Shown: positions 50,663 to 63,513, numbered from the stretch's first letter. The stretch: DNA of 64,000 nt from Torpedo marmorata (GCA_977017645.1 OZ360219.1:154256001-154320000); one strand, 5' to 3'. A program made the numbers and translations. Notes: generated from the letters alone by a model not told the origin.

Positions 50663-52455
50663 ATTTAAACCCTGGACTCTAGATCAAACACTCTCCCCTG
50701 AAGATCCCATGCTTTTATTTTTTAAAATGTATTTATGCATGACATATGGGTGTCACCAGCACCTGGCACTTATTATTTATCCCCACCATAATTTCCTGAG
50801 AGCAGTTTAAGAGTGGGTCTAGAGTTGCATGGAGATCACATTAAGTACATCAAATTGACATCCTGCAGGGTATTAGTGAAACAGATGCTTACAATAATCC
50901 AGCATTATCTTTTTAATTCCAGATTTAGTAATGTGAATTTTCTTTTCCTAGCTAGCATGGTGGTATTCACACACATCTCTCTGAATTTATTTGAGTAAAC
51001 CTCTGGACACTAATTCAATAGCGACAACACCTCCTCAGCCAATAATCTTGTCATACTTAATTACCCAGAAAAAAGCTTAATGTTTCCTACAGTGCCCTCC
51101 ATAATGTTTGGGACAAAGACACTTTTTTCCTTTATTTGCCCCTGTGCTCCACAGTTTTAAATTTGTAATTGAACAATTCACATGTTAATAAAGTGCACAT
51201 TCCAGATTTTATTAAATGGTATTTGTATTCATTTTGGTTTGACCATGTAGAAATTACAGCACTTTTTATACGTAGTTCCCTCATTTCAGGGCACCATAAT
51301 ATTTGGGACATAACAATGGTATGTACATTAAAGTAGTCATATTTAGTACTTTGTTGTATATCCCTTGCATGCAATGACTGCTTGAAGTCTGTGATTCATA
51401 GACATCACCAGGTGCTGAGTATCTTCTCTGGTGATGCTCTGCCAGGCATCTACTGCAGCCATCATCAACTCCTACTTGTTTCGGGGGCTTGTCCCCATCA
51501 GTTTTTTCTTCAGCACATGGAAAGCATGCTCAAATGGATTTAGATCGGGTGACTGACTTGGCCATTCAAGAATTTTCCAGTTTTTAAGCTTTGAAAAACT
51601 CCTTTGTTGCTTTAGTGGTATGTTTGAGATCATTGTCTTGCTGTAGGATGAAATGCCGTCCAATGAATGTGGAAGCATTTGCTCGAACTTGACCAGATAA
51701 GATGTTTCTATAAACCTCAGAATTCACTTTGCTACTGCCACCAGCAGTTACATCATCAATGAAGATAAGTGCGCCAGTGCCTGTGACCATACATGCCCAG
51801 GCCATAGCACACCCACGACCATGTTTCACAGATGAGTGGTATGCTTTGGATCTTGGGCAGTTCCTTTAAGCCTCCATACTTTGCTCTTGGCATCACACTG
51901 ACAGGTTAATCTTAGTCTCATCTGTCCACAAGACCTTTTTCCAGAATTCTGCTGCCTCTTTTAAATACTTCTTGGCAAACTGCAATCTGGCCATCCTGCT
52001 TCTGTGACTAACTAGTGGCTTGCATCTTGCAGTGTAGTCTCTATTTCTGTTCATTAAGTCTTCTGTGGACAGTAGTCATTGACACATCCACACCTGCCTC
52101 CTGAAGAGTGTTTCAGATCTGTCGGACAGGCGTTTGGGGATTTTTCTTCATTATGATGAGAATTCTCTGTCATCAGCAGTGGAGGTCTTCCTTGCAATAC
52201 CAGTCCCTTTGCGATTACTGAGTTCACCAGTACGCTCTTTCCAAACAGTTGGTTTTGGTAATCCTACGGTTAGGGCAATGTCTCTTACTGTTTTATTCTT
52301 GTTTTTCAGCCTCAATGGCTTCTTTGACTTTCATTGGTCAACCCTGGTCGTCATGTTGAAAAATGGCAACTAGACTCCAAATGTGATCAAAAGGTTAGAA
52401 GCAAGCCTAGCTCTCTTATACCTGCACCAATGAAGCAATTAAACATACCTGAGTA

Positions 52456-53736
52456 CCATATTTTTACGCATATAACGCGCACGTTATATGTGTTTTTTAC
52501 AAACTAGGTACCCCCCCGCGCGTTATATGCGTGTGCGCGCTATATGAGAATATTTTTACATGTTGAAACAACGCGCACAATTTAAATCATGACAGAATTA
52601 AAATCCTGCTTATCTCTGAAGCCTGTCTTCGATCTATTTAATTGAATCCTCTCCAAAGCGTGTTAATGTGTTGCAGGAGGATGTCATCTATATAATGGGT
52701 GATTAACACCTCTGGGGGGGGGGGGGGAGTTGAATGGGTGTAAATCGCAGGAGATTAACTGTGGCAGGTAGTGGGACTATGGTATGTGTTTTGTCTCATG
52801 TCCCAAGTAAATATTTTGTCTCATGTCCTAAGTACCGGGTAAATGAGACAAGAATGTGTTTTGTCTCATGTCCCAAGAACGCGAACAATTTATAGCAGGC
52901 GTGGGAAAGTCGCACTGGCAATTTATAGCGAACGTGGGAATGCAATAGCGGCAATGAAAGAACGCTTACAATTTAAAGCTAGCGTGGGAATGTACGGTAT
53001 TAGCGGCAATGAAAGAACGCTCTCCATTTATAGCTAGCGTGGGAACGTAACAGCGGCAATGAAAGAACGCACTCAATTTATAGCTAGCATGGGAATGTAA
53101 AAGCGGCAATGAAAGAACGCGCTCCATTTATAGCTAGCGTGGGAATGTAACAGCGGCAATGAAAGAATGCACTCAATTTATAGCTAGTGTGGGAATGTAG
53201 TAGTGGCAATGAAAGAATGCACTCAATTTATAGCTAGCGTGGGAATTGTAATAGCGGCAATGATTCTGCCCTATGGCATCAGTTTAATCATCCTCATTAC
53301 ATCAAATCAAACCATAAATTTCTCAATTGCACACTGTTTTTAACAAAATAAGGTTTCTTTTAAAGAAAGGCATTTTAAATCATGACAGATTTAAGACCCT
53401 GCTTAACTCTGAAGCCTGTCTTCGATCTATTTAATTGAATCCTCTCCAAAGCTTGTTAATGTGTTGCAGGAGGATATCATCTATATAATGGGCGACTAAC
53501 ACCTCTGGGGGGAGTTAATGGGTGTAAATAGCGGGAGATTAACTGTGGCAGATAGTGGGACTGTGGAATGTGTTTTGTCTCATGTCCCAATTAAATGCAA
53601 ATTGCTTTTGTCAGTCGGAATTTAGAATACTGCACCCGCGCAGTATATGCGTGCGCGCTATACGAAAATATTTTTACACAATTTATGATTTTCTGCGCGT
53701 TATATGTGTGTGCGCGTTACATGAGTGAAAATACGG
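52456..53736. mobile_element. TA-targeting non-autonomous DNA transposon (CCG...CGG ends) nested in the Tc1
   Basis: TIR CC(A/G)TATTTT(T/C)AC(G/T)CAT(A/G)TAACGCGCAC and TA TSD at 52454-52455 and 53737-53738. Internal ~215-bp direct repeats (~52584-52806 and ~53377-53589). Confidence 0.85.
52888..53262 (+). repeat. 50-bp minisatellite inside the nested element (~7 units)
   Basis: TTTATAGCTAGCGTGGGAATGTAACAGCGGCAATGAAAGAACGCACTCAA at period 50 (53027, 53077, 53127, 53177, 53227). Confidence 0.9.
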
Positions 53737-54216
53737 TACTCACAAACACCCGGGAAGCCAAATGTCCCAAACATTATGGTGCCCTGAAATGAGGGGACTA
53801 TGTACAAAAAGTGCTGTAATTTCTACATGGTCAAACCAAAATGTATACAAATAACCTTGTATAAAATCTGGAATGTGCACTTTAATTACATGTCAACTGT
53901 TTGATTACAAATTTAAAACTGTGAAGGACGGGCAAATAAAAGAAAAAAAGTGTATTTGTCCCAAACATTATGGAGGGCACCATAGATGCTTGAGAAATAC
54001 AATAAACTGTCTAAAATTTGACTTTGCATTTACTCAGAATCAGGTTGAGGCAGTGACTTTCATTGCCTCAGTTCTGATGAAGCTTTGAAACCAAAGGGCA
54101 AATGACAAGATGGTACCATCAATAGCTTTCATTGTTTCTGTAATGTACATCTAAACAACTATGCAAATTCTCACCCACACACCACCCCTCCCCATATTAA
54201 AAATAAAATTAATTAC

Positions 54217-54471
54217 CTTGCTGGAAACATTTCTGTTGATTTTTATTCACAGTGAGGTCTAAAGGTCCTTCCTGCTCTTGGTGAAATGAATCCTGGGTTT
54301 GGTTGGCAGGAGGATCATCTGAGACTGAAACAGATTCATCAGCTGATCCAGTTTGATTTCCATGAACACGATTACTTCTGGATATATATTCAATTGCAAA
54401 CTGACGAATCATTCTTTTCATTATTTCCTGAGCAACTAAAGGAATGTTGCGATCACAGTTCTGAGGAAGGT
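54217..54471 (-). CDS. LCORL: LCORL internal coding exon (255 bp, phase 1 to phase 1) with PLDLT CtBP-binding motif
   Basis: Acceptor TTTTTAG| and donor AAG|GTAATT. Encodes DLPQNCDRNIPLVAQEIMKRMIRQFAIEYIS...EGPLDLTVNK...QQ, the LCOR/LCORL MI(R/Q)QFA.EY and PxDLT motifs. Confidence 0.93.
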
Positions 54472-55189
54472 CTAAAAACACATTAAAATAGAAATTTATG
54501 ACATAAATATTTATTTACAATTCAAAGCATACAACTTCAAATTAGACTTCCCTTCTATGTACAAACAAAATAAACACCAATACATTTCTGGAGATTTAGG
54601 CCAACAGAAAGGCATGTTCAGCATAATGGCAATTTTTAAAAAAGCCATCTAAATGGTTTGTACTAGACTTACACCAAGTCATACCTCAATCATTTACAAG
54701 ACTCATCCTTCCATTCAAAAAGGCAGCTTGTTAGCAATTTAAATACAAGCAGTAGACCATTCAGTGTCATAGTAGTTGATCTACTTCAATGCCAATTTCC
54801 TATGCTAGCTGCACAAGACTTTACTATACAAAAATATATCACCCTCTTTGCCACAGTGCCTTCACAGTCCTCGCAGAGAAAGTCCTTTCACTCCAGTTGA
54901 AGAAATGTCTTCCCATTCGAGTCCTTAATCGACTTATCCCTTACTTCTGACAATGACTCTTCATGCTAGATACTCTAGCCAAAGTAAACCATTTCAGCAT
55001 CCACCCTGTTAAACCCAATAAGAATGTTGTATCTTTTGGGAAGATTGCCTTTTATTCTTCTAAATGTGAGGAATAAAGGGCAATTTATTTTAAATCTCCC
55101 ATACTGGGTATCAATTTAGTGAACCTTCATTATGCTCTCTCACATACTTCAACTAGGAAGGCATGAGCTATACATAATTGTCCAAAGAT

Positions 55190-55401
55190 TGTCTGATCTC
55201 AGAAGCTAAGCAGGCACAGGACTGGTCAGTACTTGGGAGGGGAGACCGCCAAGGAACACCAGGTGCTGTAGGTTTCTGTGAGGGGCGCTGGACAAAATAG
55301 CGACCCTTTGTCTGCCTTACGGTAGACAAAAATTAAAGAATTTCATGTATGTTACATTCTAAATGTAGTATTACGTGACAATAATGGAACCTTTACCTTT
55401 A
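55190..55401 (+). mobile_element. 5S rRNA-derived SINE (SINE3-like), 5'-truncated, inserted in a CR1 fragment
   Basis: 55191-55275 GTCTGATCTCAGAAGCTAAGCAGG...TGGTCAGTACTTGG...GGGAGACCGCC...GGTGCTGTAGGTTT matches the 3' two-thirds of vertebrate 5S rRNA. It is followed by an unrelated body and a GTGACAATAATGGA(ACCTTT)n tail. Confidence 0.85.
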
Positions 55402-55766
55402 CCAGGGCCCCATACAATTCCAGATATGTTAATTTTTGTATTGAAATCTTTATCACAAAACCCAATTTCTTGTTTGTCTTATTGATTTCCTTCTGTATCT
55501 GCATATTAATTTTGTGATTCATATACAAGGTCACATGTCCCTACATCACTCTCTTAATCTCTCCCACCATTTTATAATCATACCACCTTTCTTTTTTTTT
55601 CTACCAAAGGGGAAAACTTAAAATTTTCCGAATTATATACTATTTTCTACCTAACTTCCTTTTCATTTAACCAGTCTTCATCCTCCAGAAACCTTACTTC
55701 ATTCTCCCCATAACACACATCGTCACCTAGCTTTGATTCATCAGCAAACTTGGATATATTACAATT

Positions 55767-56680
55767 AGAACCATAGAACATTACAGCACAGAAACAGGCA
55801 CTTCGGCCCTTCTAGTCTGTGCCGAACCATTTTTTTGTGCCTAGTCCCACTGACCTGCATCCAGTCCATAACCCTCCATACCTCTCCCATCCATGTACCT
55901 GTCCAAATTCTTCTTAAATGTTAAAATTGAGCCCGCCTTCACTTCAGCTGGCAGCTCGTTCCACACTCCCACCACCCTACCCTGTGTGAAGAAGTTCCCC
56001 CTCATATTCCACCTAAACTTTTCCCTTCATTTTTTTTGAATATTTTATTTTAAATTTTCACAGTAATACATACATGAATAATATACATTAACTTCAGAAA
56101 AATCTTTTATAGTTATATTGTATTACATAGTGTATCTACCCCTTCCCTTAACCCCCCAAACCCTTATAACATTTTTCAAACATTTCAAATTAAAATTATT
56201 ACTTAATATTTCTAATCCCACCCTCTACCCACTCCCTCCCCTTCCTAAAATCTACAAAAGGAGGAAAAAAAAGAAAGTAATATATTACTTATAAAAGACA
56301 TCTATGTGGATCGCCCGGGGATTCAGTTTGACGCATGATTTTCAAGTTTTTTTAATTATTTAAATTTGAGGGAGTTAGCATATGGCCTGGGGTATGGAAT
56401 AACACATTTACATATTTATACCTAATGTCTGGATATATAGATGCCAAATTTGCAAATATACCCCATATTTATTTCTCATAGTGTATGTTATTTTTTCCAA
56501 TGTCCTCTGGTTTGTATCTCACCTACCCTCAGTGGAAAAAGCCTATCCACCTGGGATGCCACTTTCAGGGAATTATGTATCTGTATTCCCAGATCTTTGT
56601 TCTACTGCACTCCTCAGTGCCCTACCATTTACCGTGTGTCCTTTCTTGGTTTGTCCTTCCAAAATGCAACACCTCACACT
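55767..56680 (-). mobile_element. CR1-like LINE 3' fragment interrupted by an AT-rich L1-like 3' fragment (~56030-56500)
   Basis: Same family as 24937-25322. Similarity breaks at a T-run near 56030 and resumes at tgtcctctggtttgtatctc (56501). Confidence 0.75.
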
Positions 56681-59600
56681 TGTCTGTTGGCCCCCCTCAT
56701 CCAAGTCAGTGACATAGATTTCCACCAGCTGTGCCCTGACACTGATCTCTGTACCACTCCACAAATTACATGCTCCAAAACAGAAAATTACATTCCTACG
56801 GTTGTTTATTACCAATCCTCACCCACACCATTACATCATCTCTAATCCCATGTATTTTCATTTTAATAACTGTTCTTTGTCAAATCCTCTGAAAGTCAAA
56901 TGCACCATATCAATTGGGTACCCCCCCAACTATCCTACTGGCTACAACCAGTTTCCCCAACATGATTTGCCTTCCAGACATTTATAATGACTCAGTCCTA
57001 TCTATTACTTTCCTTTAATAAGATTATATAATTTTTGACACTAACAAACTAAATTATTGATGCCAGACCAACTACAATGGAGAAATATAGTTTCTATTTT
57101 ATCTTGCTCTTAAACTCGTGGAATTAAATCTGCTATTCCCAATTTATGCGCATCATTTTTGAATTTAGAGAATGACAACTCCATTCCCATCTGCTTCAAT
57201 GCTTATCTGATCTAGTGCATTTATTGTCTTCAGTCCTAATGCTATTGGCCAAAACCCCATTAATGATATTTTTTTCAGCTCCTTATTCATGATTCATGAG
57301 GGCAGGCAAACATTTTTTTTATTATTTGTTCTGTCATTTCTTTATCAATTCTAAGCTTTGCTCATCTTTTCCTTTTGCTAATCTTTTCCCTTTTACCCAT
57401 TTTTTGTAACTTTTACTAAGTTACTGTCATATTCTACTTGGCCCTTCTTTATCAATGTCTTGGTCCTCAATTGCTGAATTCTGAAATGTTCTCAATCCTC
57501 AGGCTTACTGCTATATTGTTAACATCAAGTCTTTTCCTTTCATCCAATACAATCCTGAACTTCCCCGGTTTTCCACAAATGGACCATTTCTCCTGTTGAA
57601 TTTTAATAGCATCAAGGAATGCATATTTGTTGCAAATTTTGCAACAATTTTTCACATACTACACTTTTAGAATTGTAGTTTCCTAATCTACCATAGCAAG
57701 TTCAGGTTTGATGTACTGAGATGCCAGACACTTAATATTGCAGACCAAATAATCTTCAAATCTTAATATTTATCGTAATCATTCTTCCCAAGAGTTTAAG
57801 ATTAATGATCCCTTGTCTCATTGCACAATACTCTACTTAAACCAATCTGTCTCTCAATTGATCTACAATATAATTTGGCATGGATTCATCCTGCAAACTA
57901 GTCCACATTTAGATCAGGAAAAACAAATTAAAGTCCCTCATTTCTGTTGTTACACTCATTACCTGCACCTCTAATTTTCTGATTAATATTATGCCCTTTA
58001 TCACCTCTAGCATTTAGACATTTTATCCTTCTTGCTGTTTCTTAGTGCCACCAAAGCTGATTCCACTATTCAACTTTGCAAGCCCAATTGTCACCCTCTC
58101 CACTGTATTTATCCCATTCCTTATAATCTAGCAGAAGCTCCTCTTTTTCCATTTTGCCTCCCTTCTAAGAGTTAAGTATTCTACTCACATTTAGACTGGT
58201 TTGCTGCTTGCTGAAATATCAACACCTATACCGATGACTTTGAAGCATTAAGTTTCTCACTTCCAACTTCAGTTCTGTGGTGACATTTGTTTCTTTTTAA
58301 CCCAGAGACCTAGGATTTCACGAAGCCAAGATTTTGTTTTGAGACCGACTTCTCCAAATTATTCTATACCCAATCAGTATTCTTCAATTAAGATTTTTAA
58401 ATGCAACAAGGTCAGCACCATTTTAAAATGGACAGTGAAGAGAAGCAGTCACATTGTACTTCATGTGGTGGTCTTTCAGTCTACATACAATAAGGAAACA
58501 GTCATGTGTAAAGTTATACATTTAAGATCCAAAACTCCAGACTACCGGTACTCAAATGTTATCAATGGGGATGAACATTATATTGGAGCTCTATTTATGT
58601 CTCCAAACTCTACCACCTCAAATTCCAGATCAATCAGGGAGCTACAAGACTGGGCTAGAGGCCACAACCAAATGCCTTAAACAATCAGGTGTCCAGAATT
58701 ACATGCCACAAAGGATTTCAAGGAAGGTAGCTTACTGTGCTTTGGATAATTTGGCCTTGCAGAATAGCTTAGTTTAGATGCTTAATAACCCAAGGAATTA
58801 AGAATGTGTGATCCATATCCATGGAATTGACACAAGGAAAAGGAGAATGGTAGTTCCTAGCAGAGGTATTCAGCAATTAATTACCATTCAGAGCTCTCCC
58901 ATTAGCAACACATTACCATTTTTATGGACTGCTCCCTGTGGGAAGGTAACAAAGATCAGCCAATGCAAGAAACAATTCAATATTTATTCAATATTACAAC
59001 ACAAACATTGTTTGATTCTCAAAAATGAACATGCAAACTGACAATAGTGGAGTTCAGATCATTCTGTAATTGCTCTGCAAAAGGTGTAGTTTATATACAT
59101 ACAGAACATTTCAATGTGAACCTCAAAGCTGCAGCTGTGCCAAAAGGCCAGCATTGATAATGTTGCATGCTAAATATCAAACTGTTAAAAAGTACAACTT
59201 CCAAGTTCAAGTTTGTCACATATACAGAGGTAGTGAGAAAGTTTGTTTTGCGAGCAGTCCAACTCGTCAACTTGTACGCAGAACAGCAGTAGAATCAGAG
59301 TGCAGAATTAACGAGCGAGATCGGTTGGTACATAGCGACGGTAATATTATTTTAATAGTATGAGGTGCATTCAGCACTTTGCTGTCAACATTTTTTTTTT
59401 TTTAAATTGTGAGCAATCAGCTGCAATAACTCAATATAGATCAACATTTTTCTTTAAAAATTTAGTGTGATAGCCAAGGGCAAACAGCAACTGAATAGAA
59501 AAACTATAAACCAGCCACAAGGTTATGTCACATTATACAACACCCTTAAAATGATAAAGCACAGGAAGTGCACACACATTAATCCTCATCCTTCTGTTTG

Positions 59601-60710
59601 GCACCAAGATTAAATTCTGCCAAAAAATTTTTTGTCAAGAACACAGAACGAGGCAGGATGGCTGATAACTTAATCTAAAAAGACATGTATAGCAGCTGGC
59701 ATCTAGAATGGAGCTGATGCTTTCTGCACTCTGGAGCAACCTCAATCTGTTTTATGTCATTTCTGGTGTTTGAGTGAGAAATGTGGGAAGCTTCAAAGTT
59801 TTGCTCCCCACTGACACTAGAGGTACAGCTGTGGTTGTCAGCTGACTTGCCAATGCCATGATTTTTCTAGCTCTCCAAATCTTTGAATGCCATGCTCATC
59901 TACACCAATGATGGCTCGATTATTTGGCTGTTCACAGAAATGCTCTGTTCAAATTACATTTGGCTGCAAATGACTGTTTATACAGCCTAAATTGTGCATT
60001 TACATGGCATGTTCCTGGAATATTTGCCTTTCCAAATGCAAACATAATAAATCTGGGCAACATTCCTATCATTCCTTGGATGCCTTCAAACTCTTGCCAG
60101 CAGAGAAGTGACAATTTTCCTTGAACTCTACATGACCATATCCTGGCCTTTGAATTGAGTCAGCCAAACTGTTACTTGACTTCACGATTATAGCTACTTC
60201 ATGTCTGGATCGGCACGACTACACAAAGACAGAAAAGTGCAATAGTTTGTGATAAGGCATTTGGAGCCAGGATATGGAGGAAAAAACCTCCTACAAATGA
60301 GGAATGCATTCTCTTTCCTGCCACATCAGAATTTGCATGGTGACATACAGGGACAAGAAAACACAGAGCCCTTTTCACCACTTTGCTTCGAGGTGTTCAC
60401 CATTGTCCTGTCTTCTGTGAAATCCTTCCGTTCTTGGACAAGATGATTTAGTTTTGCTGGGCCTATGAGAATAAGAGCATAGTGTGAGAATGGGTTTCGT
60501 TTCCATTTTAAAATAACTAAAATGGGTCTGGTTTGGTTGGCTAGATCTAACATTCTATTCTACTACTGCATTTCGTGAGTCGAGAATTTCCTTGACATTT
60601 ATCAACAGTGCTTCTGACCATAGCTGTCATCCTAGCTAAGATGGCAGATGCAAAAATTGCTGGAGTTGCTGATAGTGAGGAAGATTGTCAGATTATACGA
60701 ACATGATATA

Positions 60711-60799
60711 AAAACACAAAATGCTGGAGAAGCTCAGCAGGTCAAACAGTGTTCTTTATGTAGCAAAGGTAAAGATACATAACCGACTTTTCAGGCGTT
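60711..60799 (-). mobile_element. Short PLE pLTR insertion
   Basis: Matches PLE terminal sequence. 13-bp TSD CGAACATGATATA at 60698-60710 and 60800-60812. Confidence 0.85.
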
Positions 60800-61235
60800 C
60801 GAACATGATATAGATCAGCAACAAATTTGAGCAGAGAAATAGTCGATGGAATTTAATCCTGAACAATGAGGTTCTGCGTTTTGGGAAGTCAAATGCAAGA
60901 GGAAAGGATACAGTAAATGGCAGGATCCTTAGGACCACTGATCTATGGAGGAATCTTGGGGTGCAAGTCAGTAGTCCCTGAAAGTGCTAACACAAGTGGA
61001 TAAAGTGGACATCTTTATCAGTTCAGCCTTTGACGATAAAAGTCAGGAAGTCATGTTGCAGCTGTGCATAGTTCTGGTCACTACATTAAAGGAAGGATGT
61101 GGAGGCTTTGGAATGGGTGCGAGAGGTTTACCAGGTTGTTGTCTATTTGCTATAAGGAGAGGTAGACAAACTTCAATTATTTTCTCCACAGCAGAAGCCG
61201 AGGGGGCAACCTGATAGAAGTTTACAAAATTATGA

Positions 61236-61756
61236 TGAGAATGTAAGCTTTAAAATGTTGACTGGAAGAGAGAAGCTAGCTGCATTACTTTCTTGTTATC
61301 AGCTAGAGCTGATTTAAAAAAAAAATTAGACATGCAGCACTAACAGGCCAATTCGGCCCTACGAGTCCGTGCCGCCCAATTTACACCCCATTTACCTACA
61401 CCCCCGGTACGTTTTTTGAAACGTTATAGCTGATAAGGACCTCCTTATTTGGCAAGGTAGTAAAAGACTATTAATCATTGGGTAAGGGACATGACCTTAA
61501 TTAACAAATCCCAAGAGAATTCTAAGAAATATGTACTTGTATGGAGTAGTCTGTTCGAATGTTCTAGAAACCTAGGGGTCTGATTATATAAATATATGAC
61601 TTGTAAGCCATGAGGTAGACTCTATTGGGGTGAGACTAGCTGCTTGTGGCAGTGCTTCTTGCTGTAACGGAGTTCTCACGCTTTGCAGTGATTAAACATT
61701 TGTTTTTGCAGCTGTATTCGTGTTTGTTTTCAAGCAACCTCAGGTCCACTTTAACA
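61236..61756 (+). mobile_element. Solo LTR (ERV- or Gypsy-type), containing a short SINE-tail insert (~61315-61420)
   Basis: TG...AACA ends with 4-bp TSD ATGA. TATATAAA near 61586 and ATTAAA at 61691. Removing it restores the CR1 sequence AAAATTATGAGAGGCATAGAT. Confidence 0.72.
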
Positions 61757-62973
61757 ATGAGAGGCATAGATATGGTAGTCAGTGTCTTTTTCCTAGGGTG
61801 GAAAGGTCAAGTACAAAAAGGCAGGTTATGGTGAGAGGGAGACTGTATGAAGATGTGCATTTAAAAAAGTGGTAGATAACTGAAGCACCTTGACAGCGAC
61901 ATGGGAGAAGCAGATATGATAGTGATGTTTAAGAGGCATTTAATCCGACACATGAACAGGCATGGAATAGAGGAATACAGACCACGTGCAGGCAGATGAG
62001 ATTAGTTTAGGGGTGGGAGATGTACAAGATTAGGCAATTAATGTGCCATTATTACTTAGTGTCCTCTTTACTTAAAAAAAAATCAATTCAGATCTCAGAA
62101 AAAGGAGAGCAATGTCTAACCTCATCAGCCTTGGTCATGTTGTTGATCTTCATACACCTCCATATGGGGCATGCAATGTCACAAATATTTCTGCAATGAC
62201 CCAGTGAGACCTTCTTCAAACATTCTGATTGACTTTTATGTGGGAGAAAGCTGCTTCCTTGCCACCCAAGTAGCTCATCTTTCTACAGATTCATTTCCAT
62301 CAAAGATGGCCTGCAGCATTCCTACCAAGCAGAGGCAGTTACCACCCTTTCTTCACTGCAAACCCTGAAAAATAAAAAACAAAAACTTGAGACACAGGAA
62401 ACAACCTTCACAGTAATTTTTTTTTTTTTTTTTTTTTTTAAATCAAAGAAAGATTAGTTGGCAAAAATTGTCTACTCACCATGACTGCCATGCCTCAATG
62501 TTGGCTGTTGGTCTATTTTTTGCAATTTTACATTGCTGCTTTGTGTTCCAGGCTCTGCAATTACTTACTGTTCCTCTTACTTTCTTGTTTATACCAACTT
62601 ATGAGCTTCGGCACATACTAATAAGATTCTCTGGAAATTGTACCGCAAGTTGCCGTCTGTAAGATTAGTGTTGAGCCCTGTATAAATTTTGGCATAATTT
62701 GCCTTTTATGCCAAACCAGGAACTTCAAAGTCTATTATGTCATTAAAAATGACAATCAATGAAGGTGAAGTCATTTGGCAAACAACCAGTAGATGGTGCC
62801 AACGTGCCTTTAATAAAAAAATTCAAACCTGGCTGGGAATATAAAGCACTGTTTGGAAAATGTAAACCATTGCCCCAAAGTGGTTTGCTGATTTATTCCT
62901 GAGATAATACTTGACACAATGTTATGAGGATCTTTCATGCATCTTTCTCACAACATACACTTTTGTACATCTA

Positions 62974-63513
62974 CAGGTATGCGCCGCTTAACGTCCAAGA
63001 TACCTTCTGTGAAAATGGGCGTTATGCGATGTGAACGTTGTGCGAACACCATATTACTGTATATACTTAGCGAAGCTGTACAAGGTACTGAACTTACGCA
63101 AAATTAAACTTTAAATTTTTTTCCTCCACTTTTTAAACTTTTATGTAAACACTTTCTTAGCCTATATCACACACAATTTAACAAAGAGGATCAGGATCAT
63201 CCACATCACTGTTCTCAACTTCCTCAGTGTTCCACTGGAAGAGTTTCAGGTCAAATATCCTCCATTGATGAACTGTCACTCTGTAATGCTGAGGGAACTG
63301 GCTGAGGCTCTTCTTGGGGAGGTGTTGCCTTCTTCAGGAATATGTCCAGTGTTGTTTGCCTAGTCTGCTTTTTCTTTTCTTCATATTTACGTCCGGTTAC
63401 GTTCGCTATGTCGCGTTCTCCGATCGGGACTTGCTGAACTCTATGGGACCACGGACGACAGACGTATATGCGGTCGGACGTTGCCCGGACGGACGTTAAG
63501 CGGCACATACCTG
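62974..63513 (-). mobile_element. Tigger/pogo internal-deletion derivative retaining the transposase C-terminus
   Basis: 23-bp TIRs CAGGTATG(C/T)GCCGCTTAACGTCC and TA TSD. The minus-strand peptide KYEEKKKQTRQTTLDIFLKK resembles Tigger C-termini. Confidence 0.88.

Larger units (their letters stand above)
51090..53982 (-). mobile_element. Tc1-family DNA transposon with long IR/DR-type TIRs and a decayed DDE transposase
   Basis: TA-CAGTGCCCTCCATAATGTTTGGGACA at the left end with a complementary right end. ~220-bp TIRs with an inner direct repeat. ORF pieces KHGRGC.MAWACM, FILQQDNDLKHT and WPSQSPDLNPFEH. Confidence 0.92.
60560..62010 (+). mobile_element. CR1-like LINE fragment carrying two nested insertions
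   Basis: CR1-type ORF2 remnant, continuous once 60711-60799 and 61236-61756 are removed. Confidence 0.7.

Noticed and set aside
54472-54481. ORF-track start codons for the LCORL pieces (54481, 22859) and the PLE ORF (6788)
   Set aside because: They lie in intron or flanking sequence. Splice sites and the TSD define the real boundaries.
55191-55275. Functional 5S rRNA gene
   Set aside because: It lacks the 5' third, has many substitutions, is a single copy and is fused to a SINE-like body and tail.
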